A DNA stretch of 54,937 bases from NCBI GenBank assembly GCA_001724265.1, contig MEDY01000190.1:1-54937 (forward strand), written 5' to 3'. The first letter of the stretch is position 1; each line of letters starts with the position of its first letter. The notes under the pieces were generated by a model. It saw only the letters and a program-made list of their open reading frames with translations, made no database searches and was not told the origin of the DNA. Of this stretch, positions 24,499 to 36,300 are shown one piece after another. A program made the translations under genes and the position numbers. The DNA comes from Rhizaria sp. SCN 62-66. Taxonomy: Eukaryota.

Positions 24499-26029
24499 AT
24501 GGAGCCGGGTCGTCGCCCAAACGGCCCCTCTCCGGCCGCTGCACGCTTTCTACAAGAGCTAGCGCACCGCGACCATCAACAAGCACTTGCCTCTGATGCG
24601 CTGTATAGCTTTAGCGCCCATAAAGAGGCCCGAGACAAGCACGAGGAGGAACGCGTCGCTCGTATCGCGGCCCTCAATCGTCAAAAGCAGCAACACCTTC
24701 GCGAGGTATGTCTCGCTCCCAAACAAATTCATAACAGATCAAGTCGCATAATATTGACCTTAATCTAACCTATATTCCGCTCAATATGCTACTTTTACTG
24801 TAGACCCGCGTCGCGCTCGGTCTGGAGGAGGACGACTCCGCAAACCTTCTCACCACCCCAATGGAGCAAATGCGGGCACAGATGCTGGCCAACCGTGTAA
24901 ATGCGCTTGCAGACACTGATGACGACCGATTTATGCATGTACACGCGCGAGCTGCGGTAGCAGCGCCGTAGCTTACCCCGCAACATCAGCGGAGGCAACC
25001 GCAGCTCCCGGCAGCACAGTCAACACTGGCACATCAACAGCAAGTTCAGCCGCAGCCTCCGCAGTCGTAGCTGCAGCCGCGGCCGCAGCCGCAGTCGGTG
25101 TTGCCCCGGCCTGACAACGGCCCCTTCTCGCCCTCGCGCCTCGAGGCCCGGCGCGCGCGCTCGCTGGCCGCGCTCGCACTTGTCCGTGCAGAGACGGCTG
25201 CCGCAGAGGCCGCCGCCGCTGCTGCGGCCGCAGAGGCCGCGCAGACTGCTGCCAAACAGGCTGCCGCAGAGGCAAAGGCTGCTGCGGCGGAGGCGGAGGC
25301 TGCGGAGGCCGTCGCGGCTGTTGACGCGTCTATCCTGACTCTCCGCGGGATTGAAGGCGCTGGGCATGAGTTCGACTTTGCGCAACCTGACGCGCAAAAG
25401 GGCATCTTCGTCTCGGTTGGCGCCGGCGCCAAGGCAAATACGAACGGTGGCGACACTGACTTGCGCCCAAGCAACACGAATATCAGCGATGTTGCTGGCT
25501 CCAGTGTTGCTGCGACTCAGCACGACCGCGCAATCGGTGCCGGTATTGGCTCTGGCCCTGCAAACAAGAATTACTACGGCGGTAGTCGCCACATTGGTGG
25601 GCATGGCGACTACGGCGGCTACAGTGACAACAGCGGTGGCGAGGACGACGACGAGCTTGTGTCCGCGGGCGCGTACAGCGACGTCAAGCTCTTCCACAAG
25701 AGCGGCGCGGGCACGGCCACTGGCATCGAGAGCGCGGTAAGTGCGACTGGCGTGCACAGTGTGAATCTTGACAACAGCTACTACAACAACAACTCGCACA
25801 TCACAAACATCTCCCACTTGGCGGTTACCATTGACGCTGGAAATAACAAACATGCCATCAATTCATTGCAGGCCAGTGCAAGTAATGGTAAGCATTTGAG
25901 GACAGATCATGCTTCCACTATTGCGGAACAAAGCTTCAGTAGTCGTCGTGTGAACAACGCAGATAGCTCTGATGCACCACTTGTGACTAAAGACCCATGG
26001 GATGCTTGGGACAGTAGCTCTGACGACAG

Positions 26030-26094
<65 letters not shown>

Positions 26095-29000
26095 GCAAAT
26101 CTCGCAACAAAATTACGAATTTACACTCGATTCGCCGTAACAATCGCGACAGCAACAATAACACAATCTTAAACGTCTCTACCTCTGCGAGCAAGAGCGT
26201 CATGACTACTCCCAAAAAGTCTGCTTCGACGGCTGAGTCTGCGGCAGCGCTATTGGTGGCCAATGCAGCGCTAGTTATCGCGTCTCCGCCCCGTGTATGC
26301 CGCGGGTACCCTACGGTGTCACTGCGTGCTCGCGACTTGCAGCAGCATCAGCAACAACAACAACAGCAAAACAACGTCGACAGCACTGACGGCTCTGATG
26401 CGGCACCAGGTAGCAGCGCAGTGGATGCTGTCAAGAAGACTGGTCTGCTGGGCGGTAAAATGTACATTGTGCCGCCGATCAGGAGCAATGCATCAAGCTC
26501 TATCGTGCGCAACTCCAGCAAGTCGCACAACGGGGCCGATGACGATAACTATGGCGATGGCAACAGCGACAGCGATGGTGATGACGCCAGCAGCGACAAT
26601 AGCAATCGCAATAATATCGACACGAATATCGACCACAGTCGCCGCTTTAACTATAATATCTTCAGCAGCAGCACTCGTCGCACGCATGTTGTGGCAGACT
26701 CTGTCGTGAGCTCTGTTTCCGTGTCGAACGCAGGCTCAGTGCACGTGTCTGCGTACGTGCCGCACAGCAACACGCGCCCCCGCCCGATGCCTGCGGTGCC
26801 CAACGGGCCCCTGACGCTCCGCACGATCCCTGTCTTGATGGTGCCGGTTACAACTGCAGGAACGCATCCAGCAACGGTGCAAGACTCAGTGAGCTCACAG
26901 CCTCAACTTCAGTCTCCCGATCAGTCAGCGGGAGTTGCGCGACAGTCATTGCTGCACAATAACAGCTCGTTATCGCGCCGCTACACGGGCGTGCCGTCCC
27001 CGTCGTCGTCGCCCGAGCCGACCGAGGCCGACGTCGCTGCGCTGTATGCGCACGAGGCTGCTGAGAAGCGCAGACGCGAGAGCGCGATTGCGCGCGCTGC
27101 TGAACAGGGGTGCGACGTTGCGAGCACGGTGCGCCCACTAACAAGCGCGGTTAATAACAACTCTGCACAAGCAAGTCAACGTCGCAGCAATAGTGACGTT
27201 GTTGACTCTGTGGGATTTGTGGCACAGAGGAGCAGCATCAGTGTCTCTAAGAACACAGCTGATAGCAGTCAAAGCGCTGCCCGTGTCCACGACCCACTGG
27301 CCGTCAGCATGATGAAGCGCCCCGCTTCGACAGCGACTGCTGTTGGTAATCGCGACAGCGCATACGAAACTGTAACGAATTATAACAGGACTACTGGGCT
27401 AACTACGGTCGTTTTGCCGAGTGAAACACTGTCTGCTAAGGCCGCTGCAACCGTCGCTGCTTCCGCCGCCGCCGCTGCCGCTGCTGCCGAGGCCTTGCGC
27501 AGGCAGTATGAGGACGAGGACGACCTTGACAGCCATTTAGCGCCGCGCGAGCGTCGCAGCTACAAGCGCGCGCAGGCACTACGCGAGCAGCAGCAGTTGC
27601 GGGAGCAACAGGCGCAGCAAGAGCTGGAGCGTGGGAAGCAGCAGCGGCAGCTTGAGCAGAAGCTCGACAACTTTCTCGATAGTTGTGACCAGGAGCGCCG
27701 CCGCGAGCCGAGCAAGCAACATCCGTGGAGCAATAGTGGCAACGGTGTCGTCGCCACGATATGGACCGACCTCACGAACAGGGCCCGCGCCGAGGCCAGG
27801 GCCGCAGCCGACGCGAAGTTTTTCTTGCAGACCGACCCTTTGCACGACCTCGGGCCCGAGTCCGAGGCCGAGGCCGCTGCCGACGCCGCGCTGGCCGAGG
27901 CCAAGCGCTCCCTCGCGCTCGCCGCGCGCCGCCGGCTCCGGGCCGAGCGCGCGCGCGCGGCGGACGACGCCGACAGGAGGGCTGCGGCGGCGATCGAGAG
28001 CGTCATGACCGGCAGCGGGGCCAGGGAGGTGCTCGATATGTCAAGCCGCGCGGTCGATAAGTCAAGTCGCCACAATGACGAGTCGCATGCTGGCGTTGCT
28101 CATGTTGAGGACGACCGAAACACGAGTGGTCACAGTGCTAATATGAAGAGCGTGTACGAGCATGTGACGCGTCTCAGGACAACGGAGGCAACGTCGGGGC
28201 TTTATCGTGAATACTCAAAGCGGACGTTTGTGACTGCCGCTGATGACGATCGTACTGATGCTGCGCACGGCTATAACGATGATATTACCCGGAATAATAA
28301 CGCAGGCGACAGCGTGCGTGCTCACGGTGACTCTCGGGTAGGTGTTTGTGGTCACTCTCAACGCCACGGTCACGCTGACTACGACGGAAGTGACGACGAA
28401 CATGATGACCACGACGACGATGACGCTGCTTCTGATCGTGGCGACAATACTCGTAACCTTAACCACTTAGAAGATCTTCTAGTTTATGGCCACGCCTACG
28501 GAACCGGCGACGGCGGGAGCAGCGGCGAACGTGACTTCGACAATGACGGTGACGCCGCATACGACAACTGCTATGTCCACGAAGGTGACGGCGGCGACTC
28601 TATGGGCGAGTATGCCGCCGGTGGTGTCGGTCGTCCTCACAAGGATCCCAACTACAGCGGCAACGGCAACGGCAACCCTTACTATGATGACGGCTCCGAC
28701 GGCGAGTTCAACGACCACGATGACTGCATTGAAGGCGACTACTCCGAGGGTGAGGGTTATTACTACGAAGGCGACGGCGGGGAAGGAGACTATGAGCTTG
28801 ACGACAGCAGCGGGTACGTCGTTGGCGATAGAGGGAGCGCAACTTACTATGACGACGACGACGACGACGACAACGCCTATCCGGATGCTACCCATAGCCG
28901 CGCGACCCACAACCGCGATGCCTACGCTCACGATCCTCGCAGACACTATCGCTATAACCAAGGCAACCACAACACATATCGCGGGTATAGCAGCAGCCGT

Positions 29001-30533
29001 AGCAACGACAACATTGCTCGCGGCAAGGGCTTCACTGTCACCGTCGACAACGACAATGATTACGATGATAACGGAGTCAATAGTGGCGACAACAACAACA
29101 ATAACAACAATCCAAACTTTAGCGGTGACGGTGCGAACGCGCGCAACGACGACAACCACGTCCGTGACCGCAGCAGCAGTGACGATGACGGATTCTATGC
29201 GATCGACGGAAATCAGAGTGGCAACGCGACGGTGTGCGACGAGTCGGACGATGACAGCGATGACTTTAGTGCATCTAATAGTTATCGCAGGATTGACAAC
29301 AGCCGCACCACGTCTCAGACACAAACGCAGGCCACTCAGACGCAATCCCGCACGCAATCGCAGAGAACCACTGAAACCCAGACTCAAGCGCGCGCCCACA
29401 CACAGGCCCAAGCTTACACTCAAACCCTGAGCCAAGCTCAGAGTCAGTCTCAGACGCAGACTGACGGCAAGGTTCAGTCAGAAACACAGCCACAGTCGCA
29501 GAGCCGGAGTCAGCCACGCGGCCGCCGGTCGCGCCGCCGCGGCCTGCAGACGCTGCTGCTGGCGCCGCCGCGGCACTGGCCGGGCGGGCGCGTGCCGCCG
29601 GAGCTGTTGTCCTTTAACAGGGCGCGGAAGCGCGCGGTGGACCTGGCGATCCGCACGCGCGCGCACACGCACGGCCGCGGCGTGACGGGCGGGGGCGGGG
29701 CACGCCGCAGCAGTCACGTCCAGGGCGGCGGGAGCATGCCGGAGACTGAGGCTGCGGCGACAGCGACAGAATGCCTGAACAGCAGCACCACATATGGCAG
29801 CCCCCGGAAGACTGGTTCGTCTCCTGAGAGATCTAAGCAACGCTTGCCGAGTAACGATGAGTCCATCAACCGCAGCTACTCCCGGGGTGGACACTGTCAC
29901 TCCAACAATGCGAGCTTCAGTGACGCCGGCGCGGCGTACAGCCGCTCGCCCCGGCGCGGCGGCAAGGCTGGCAATGGCCATGTGCCGACTGTGCCGATGA
30001 CCGTCGCCGTGACCACGCAAGCAGCAGACACAGGCGCAGGCGCAGGTGCGAAGGCTGCAGTGAGCTTGGGCTATTCTAACACGAGCGCGCGACCTGTTTG
30101 GCGCGTCTCCGGCGGCGTCGGCTCCCACAACAACAGCATCAACCTCAACAGCAACGGTGTTAAGAGCAATGGCGCCGGTGTGAATAGCAGCGCCAGCGCT
30201 GCGGCCGGCCTCGGCGGCGGCTACGGCTACGGCCACGGCGGCGGCGGCGCGGCGGGCGCCGAGATGGGCGTGCTGACGCGCGTACTCGTCAATACGGGCC
30301 GCAAGGTCGGCGTCGTGAATCACAAAAGCAGGCGCGAGAGACAGCGCGCGCGCGAGCAGCAAGAGTTGCAGGAGATGCAGGAGTTGTATGAGATGCGGCA
30401 ACTGCAGGAGCAGCAGGAAGAGATTGAGCGCGAGCGGCTGGAGCAGTGGCAGCGCGAGGAAGAGGAGGCGTTCAGCGCGGTGCTGGACATCAGCGACGCC
30501 CCCGTGAATGTCTCGCACGAGAAGCGCGCGTAA
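24499..30533 (+). CDS. Large low-complexity protein of unknown function with coiled-coil segments; exons 24499-24705, 24804-30533 (~1978 aa if two in-frame TAGs are read as sense)
   Basis: The intron GTATGT..CTAAC..TGTAG (24706-24803) puts exon 2 in the frame of the 1811-aa ORF. The only interruptions are TAG at 24969 and 25068, within a Gln/Pro-rich stretch. Ends in TAA. Confidence 0.72.
26031..26093 (+). repeat. (AAC)n microsatellite encoding poly-Asn, with one ATC interruption
   Basis: Directly visible tandem AAC run inside the CDS. Confidence 0.95.
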
Positions 30534-31076
30534 AAACGAACTCGTTATTTAGTACTTGTGCGACTGCACACAGTGTTACCGTTACATAGAATCAAGCTTT
30601 GGCTAACAAAGAAGAATATCAATGAGCGCCATAAACGCATACAAAACTTATTTTATGAGATATACAACTTAATATAGAGTATTTTCAAGTCATTAGTATG
30701 ACATTTCTAAAAATCCTTGATGAGACTGTTGATTCTGATGCTGTACTCCTCGTGTTACTATTTTTCTTGGTGACCAAGCGACTGCAGTGGCGACCGGTGA
30801 CTGCCAGCAAGGGCCTATACTCCGCGAGTTCAGAAACGTATATCATGCCTCGCACCATCCGTCAAATAGCATTCCGCGGACGAAATCCGCATTTATGTGA
30901 CGTAATATCTATTATAATGTAATTATGTTGTGCGAACCGTTATCTATGCATGGCAGCACCTTCCTCAAGTTTCCACAACTTTTGTTGCTGCTCCACTGCA
31001 TGTTTCCCCCTCCCGCACTTCGTTCACCTCGCATGATATACTCACAACCTAAACTCCCTCTTGTTGCACCGGATAG

Positions 31077-32849
31077 ATGTCTCGTCGCTCGCGCTTCTAC
31101 TCCCCGTTTGTGGTTGGCGCCACGCTGGCGTTCATCTACACCGGCTGGCGCGTGAAGCAGCACGAGCTCAACAACTCAAACATGTCATGCTCCTTCAACT
31201 CCGGCCTGCGTACGTCACTACATCAATAACAACCACAAAGCGTTGTGTATCCGCTATATCGCTGACTACGTCGGACTATACTGTCATTTTACTTCTTAAA
31301 TAATGCGTCGGCACTACCTCGCACAACAAACACTAACTTCCCTTCACTCCCGTTCTCTTGCACTTGACCCTTCTCTCTATCGCGCACTTGCGCGCTCGCT
31401 CGGGTCGCAGGCGGTGGCTTGATCTACGAGCGCCTGACCCCGTTTCTCTTCAAGGCAGACCCGGAGCGCATGCATCGCTTGTCGATGATTTTCCTCTCTG
31501 CCCCGCGCTTCACCCGCTACCTCTTCGGGCTCATCGACACCAAGCCGGCGCCGCCGTCGCTGCAAACCTCGCTGCTGGGGCTGACGTTCCCCAATCCCGT
31601 GGGGCTGGCCGCGGGCTACGACAAGGACGGCCAGGCCGTTGACGGCTGCCTCGACCTGGGCTTCGGCTTCACCGAGGTCGGCTCCGTTACGCCCTTCCCG
31701 CAACCCGGCAACCCGGTCCCGCGCGTCTTCCGCCTCCCCGAGGACCGCTCCGTGATCAACCGCTACGGCTTCAACTCGCAGGGCGCGGCCGCGGTCGCCG
31801 CGATCCTCTCGCGGCGCTACGAGAACCGCCAGGCGATGCTTGACTGGGAGCGCAAGCGCGCGCACGACCGTCTCCACGGGCGCCCGCCCCTGTGGGAGCG
31901 GATGACCGGCGCCGCGCCGCCCGCACCCAAGGAGCCCCCCAAGCACGTCTCGGCGGCGGAGCTGGGCATTGTGGGCGTGAACCTGGGCAAGAACAAGACC
32001 AGCGACGACGCCGGCGAAGACTACGCCGCGGGCGTCGCTGCGCTGGGCCCTCTCGCCCACTACCTGGTCGTCAACGTGTCATCGCCCAACACGCCCGGAC
32101 TGCGCGACCTGCAGGGCCCCGCCGCGCTGCCCGCGCTGCTTGCGCGCGTGCTTGCCGCGCGCGACGCGCTGCCTGCGCGCGCCGTCCGCGGCTTCCCCGA
32201 GCGCCCCGCCGTGCTGGTCAAGGTGGCACCCGATCTCACTCTCGACGAGCGCGCCGACGTCGCGGCCGCGTGCCTCGGTACGGGCGTCGACGGGCTCGTC
32301 GTTGCCAACACCACCGTGGCGCGGCCCGCTTCGCTCAAGAGCAACGCTGCGGTGGTCGCCGAGGCGGGAGGGCTCTCGGGCGCCGCAGTCAAAGACGTCT
32401 CGACGGAGATGGTGGCGGATCTCTACACGCTGACCGAGGGCCGGCTGCCCATCATCGGCGTCGGCGGCGTCGAGACAGGCGCCGACGCGTGGGATAAGGT
32501 TCGCGCGGGCGCGTCGCTCGTGCAGATGTACACCGGGCTCGTCTACCGGGGGCCGGTCGCGGTCAAGCAGGTCAAGGAGGGGCTGGCGGCTAAACTTCAA
32601 GACGAGGGGCTGGAGGCGATCGGCGAGGCCGTGGGGCGCGACGCCGCGGGCATGCGCAGCGCGGGCGTGACGCGCGCGCTGGTTGACGCCACGCACAGCA
32701 AGGCGGTCGCCATCGCCAAGGAGAGCGCCAGTCAAAACAGCAAGCTGCTGGCCAGTGTCGGCGTGACCGACGCGGCCGCGCTGGATGGCCACGCAGGGGC
32801 GGGGGCGGGGGCGGGCAAGAGCAAGGGCTGGTTCTGGGGTTGGTGGTGA
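31077..32849 (+). CDS. DHODH: Dihydroorotate dehydrogenase, class 2 (quinone-dependent, mitochondrial); exons 31077-31209, 31411-32849 (~523 aa)
   Basis: Motifs [70 protein letters not shown] (catalytic Ser), VKVAPDL, GGLSG and IIGVGG. Exon 1 supplies a basic leader and a TM helix. Intron GTACGT..CAG is in frame. An additional upstream exon is possible. Ends in TGA. Confidence 0.96.
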
Positions 32850-33370
32850 GTGCCCTCTGCAAGCGCGATGGGATGTCACGTCAGTAAGCTGGCGCCTTCA
32901 TGGTCGCTTGTGGTGAGTGCTCAGTAACGCATGCCTGCGAGCAGTGCATTGTTCAGCACAGTCTTGTTTTGAAAGGGCTTAGTAGAATAAGTGTATATAT
33001 ATTATAAGCGTTAGTCAGCATTGTGTGACATAGTGCGATGCTGGCCCTGCACATCTTTGTTTCAGCGAAATACATAATGTATCATTTATCGTGACACTTG
33101 CTGTGGCGGCTTCGAGGGGGGTGCTGGCTTGGGTGGCTTAGCCAGAAAAAAATCAAGATGAGTTCTGATAGACACATCTGTATAATACGAATGATGTTCG
33201 AACTATAAAAACATTTCGCATATTATAATGCATATTTAAATTAAGATTTTCTGAAAACAAAATTGAGACTCACTTGTGCCCCTTTTAATTCATGCCCGTC
33301 ATCAGTTCGACAACCAGTCTCGTCCCTTCTCCCAACCCCTCTACCTCGTCTCCCTAGCAACTACAGCTTA

Positions 33371-36300
33371 ATGCAAACGCCTGCGCGCGTGCGCCCTGCT
33401 GCGGGGCCGCTGCAGACCGCTTTTAACGGTCCCCGCGCCTCGGCTATGTCGCCCTCCGACTCCTCCCCCCACACGCCCTATACAACAGCAACTGCCACGA
33501 GCTCAGCCGCTGCAGCAGCAGCCCGCAACGGTCCCGCCCCCGGCGGCCCGGCCGCGCCTCCCGCCGCGATTCTCTCCCCGTCGTCTCTTTCCGCGCGCGT
33601 GACCACGTCGCACTTCCCGACCCCGATGGAGCTGGCGCGTTCGGGCGCGCTCGTCTTCCCGCCGGTCCCGCCCTCTGAGCGCGCGCTGTGGGCATCGACG
33701 CCGCTCGCCAAGCTGCGCGAGTCCGAGGCCGCGCAGCGCGCGCAGATCACGGCCAAGCGCCAAGAGCTGCGCTCGCTGGTCACGCGCTGTTTCCGGCAGC
33801 TTTTGTCGTCCGCCGACACGATCATCGCGATGGACGGCACCGCCACCGCGCTGCACGAGCGCATCTCCAGCCTCGACGCGCTGCTCAACAGCATCGACAG
33901 CTCACTAGCTGTCGACGGTGCCAGCGGTGATGGCGCCGGTGCTGGCGCGCTTGACTCCGCCTCAGCCTCCGCGGCGGCCTCGTCCGCTGCTGCCGCGGCG
34001 ACCGCTGCCGCGACCGCGTCCGTGACCGCGCTGACCGGCGCCGTGTCCTCTGTGTGGGCCGCGCTGCGCGGCGGCGACGAGCTGGAGGCCGCCGTAGGGT
34101 GCTTTGAGGCCGTCGCGCTCTACACTGCGGCGGTCAACGCCGCAAACAACGTCAACACCAAGAACACCCCGAACGCACCAGACAGCAAGACGGTGAGCAC
34201 GCCTGATACTACTGTTCTGAATGGCTCGTTGTTCGTTGAGCAAGCGAACGCGGCGCTGGCGCTGCTGCTGGCGCACGCGCCCGCGCTCACGGCCGCCGCC
34301 GCGCAGCGCACGCTGGCGCGCGCGACCGCGGGTCCCGACGCGCTCGCGAGGGCCACGCTGGCGCATTCACTGGCCACCGCCGCCGCCGCCGCTGCCGGCA
34401 AGACCGCCGCTGCCGCCGCCGCCGCCTCGGCGAACGCGAGCGACGCAACGGCGACTGGCAGTATGCTGCCGTTCACGTTTGGCAGTGGAAGCGACGACTG
34501 CAGTGCGAGCGCGAAACAGCAGCAGCAACAGGCGGTGCTGTCGTTTCTGAGCGCGCGGCTCGGCGTTGCGCGCACCGCCTTGGACGCGGCAACCACCGCT
34601 CTGAACGGCGCTCCTGGTAGCGCCGCCGCGAGTGCGCGTGTGCGAGTGAGTGAGTCGGTGCGCGTGCGCATCGTCACGCACGCGATCGCCACAGCGGTTC
34701 AGGCCGCGAACACGGCCTTCGCGCTCACGCCGATGCTTGCGCTGCCCTACAACATTAGTGTCGCTGGCAACAACAACAACAGCAACAGCAACAGCAATAG
34801 CAGTGCGAGTAGCAATGACGTCTCGTTCAAGTCACTCGAGGCACGCACCGCTGACTTGTGTGTGATGCGTCCTAACTTCGCGCGCGGCTTAACTTTAGCT
34901 CTCACCCGCGCCCAGTCGCAGTCGCAACAGGCATTAGTTCTTAGTAACGCTCGCGCGACAGCGAGCCACACGGCTCCGTGGCTGCTGGTGCCGCTTTCAC
35001 TGCCTCCCGCGTCTCTGCCCGCGACCGTGCTGCCCCTGTGGCGCCTGACCGAGGCCGCGCTCACCCCACGGCTTAACTTCCTCATCGGACTGCTGACAAC
35101 CGCGAAGGAAGTCGCCGCGGCGCGCTCGGCGCTTCTCACCGCATCAACCGCATTTAGCGCGAGTCATAGCCCGGACACGAGCTTGGTGCCTGCAAACTCT
35201 GCTCCTGTTGCGCCTGCGAGTGCCTCTCTGTCTCACCGCTGCCCTCTCACGGGCGTCACTGCTTGGGCCGGCACCCCCGCCACGTGGGCCGCCGCCGCCG
35301 CCGCCAACCTTGGCCCTTCAGCCGTCGCCGCCACCGCCGCTGCCGCCGCCACGGCCAGTCAGCCCGCTGGCCCGGTGGTCTCGCGCGCGCCCTCGTGGCC
35401 CGACGCCTGCGCTGAGGCGCTGGGGGCCCGCGTGGGCGCCGCAGCCGAGGCCGTGGCAGGTCGGCTGGGCGAGCGCGTGCGCGCCACGATTGCCGTGTTC
35501 ACGGTCACCGGGCTCACGGTCACCGCCGGGCAGCGGGACGCTTACACCGCGGCCGAGAATGTAAGGGGCGCGGGTGGGAGCGCGCCTGCGTATAGCTGGA
35601 TGTCGCAGGCTGACTGTGGCATCACCTCCGCGCTCTGCACGGCCCTCTCCATCTACTACAATAACAACGCCAATAGCGGCCTCAACGGCTCCGTGGCTGC
35701 TGGTGACAGTGCCATCGCGACTGCGGCCGCTGTCGCCGCCTTCAGGGCCGCGCGCGCCGCCGACCGGGCCCGCGACCGCCTCCGCGACCGCGCCCGTGTC
35801 CGGTTCACCAATGCTGCTGCGAGTGCCGACGCGACCGCACTCACAGTTGTCTCTCGTTCTCACAGTTAGAATCTACAGAATCTGAATCAGAGTCACAAGC
35901 GGCACACTGCAGCGGTTGTGGCTGCCGCCGCCGCCCGCGCCCGCGCTCGCGCGCGCGCCGCCGCTGCGTCCATTGCGTTCGCGCGCCACGTGTTCTCGCT
36001 GTTGGGCGTTTGTGACGGCTTTTTGACGCAGAACCCGCTGGGCCTGACCGTGGCGGAGGCAGCCGCCGCGGTGGTTGCCGTCGCGGGCCGGCGGGCCGGC
36101 GAGGGGGTGACTGCGAGCGGCACGGACAAGGCGGCTGTGAGCGGCAGCAAGGGCAAGAGCAGCGGTAAGAGCTCGAAGAATAAGGGTGTTAATCCCGACG
36201 CAACGACTGCTAATCACGCGTCTGTCGTGTTCTTCTTGTCTCTGCTCGCTCTGTTCACGGAACAGCAACAGCAGCAGCAGCAACAGACCGGATTTAGCTC

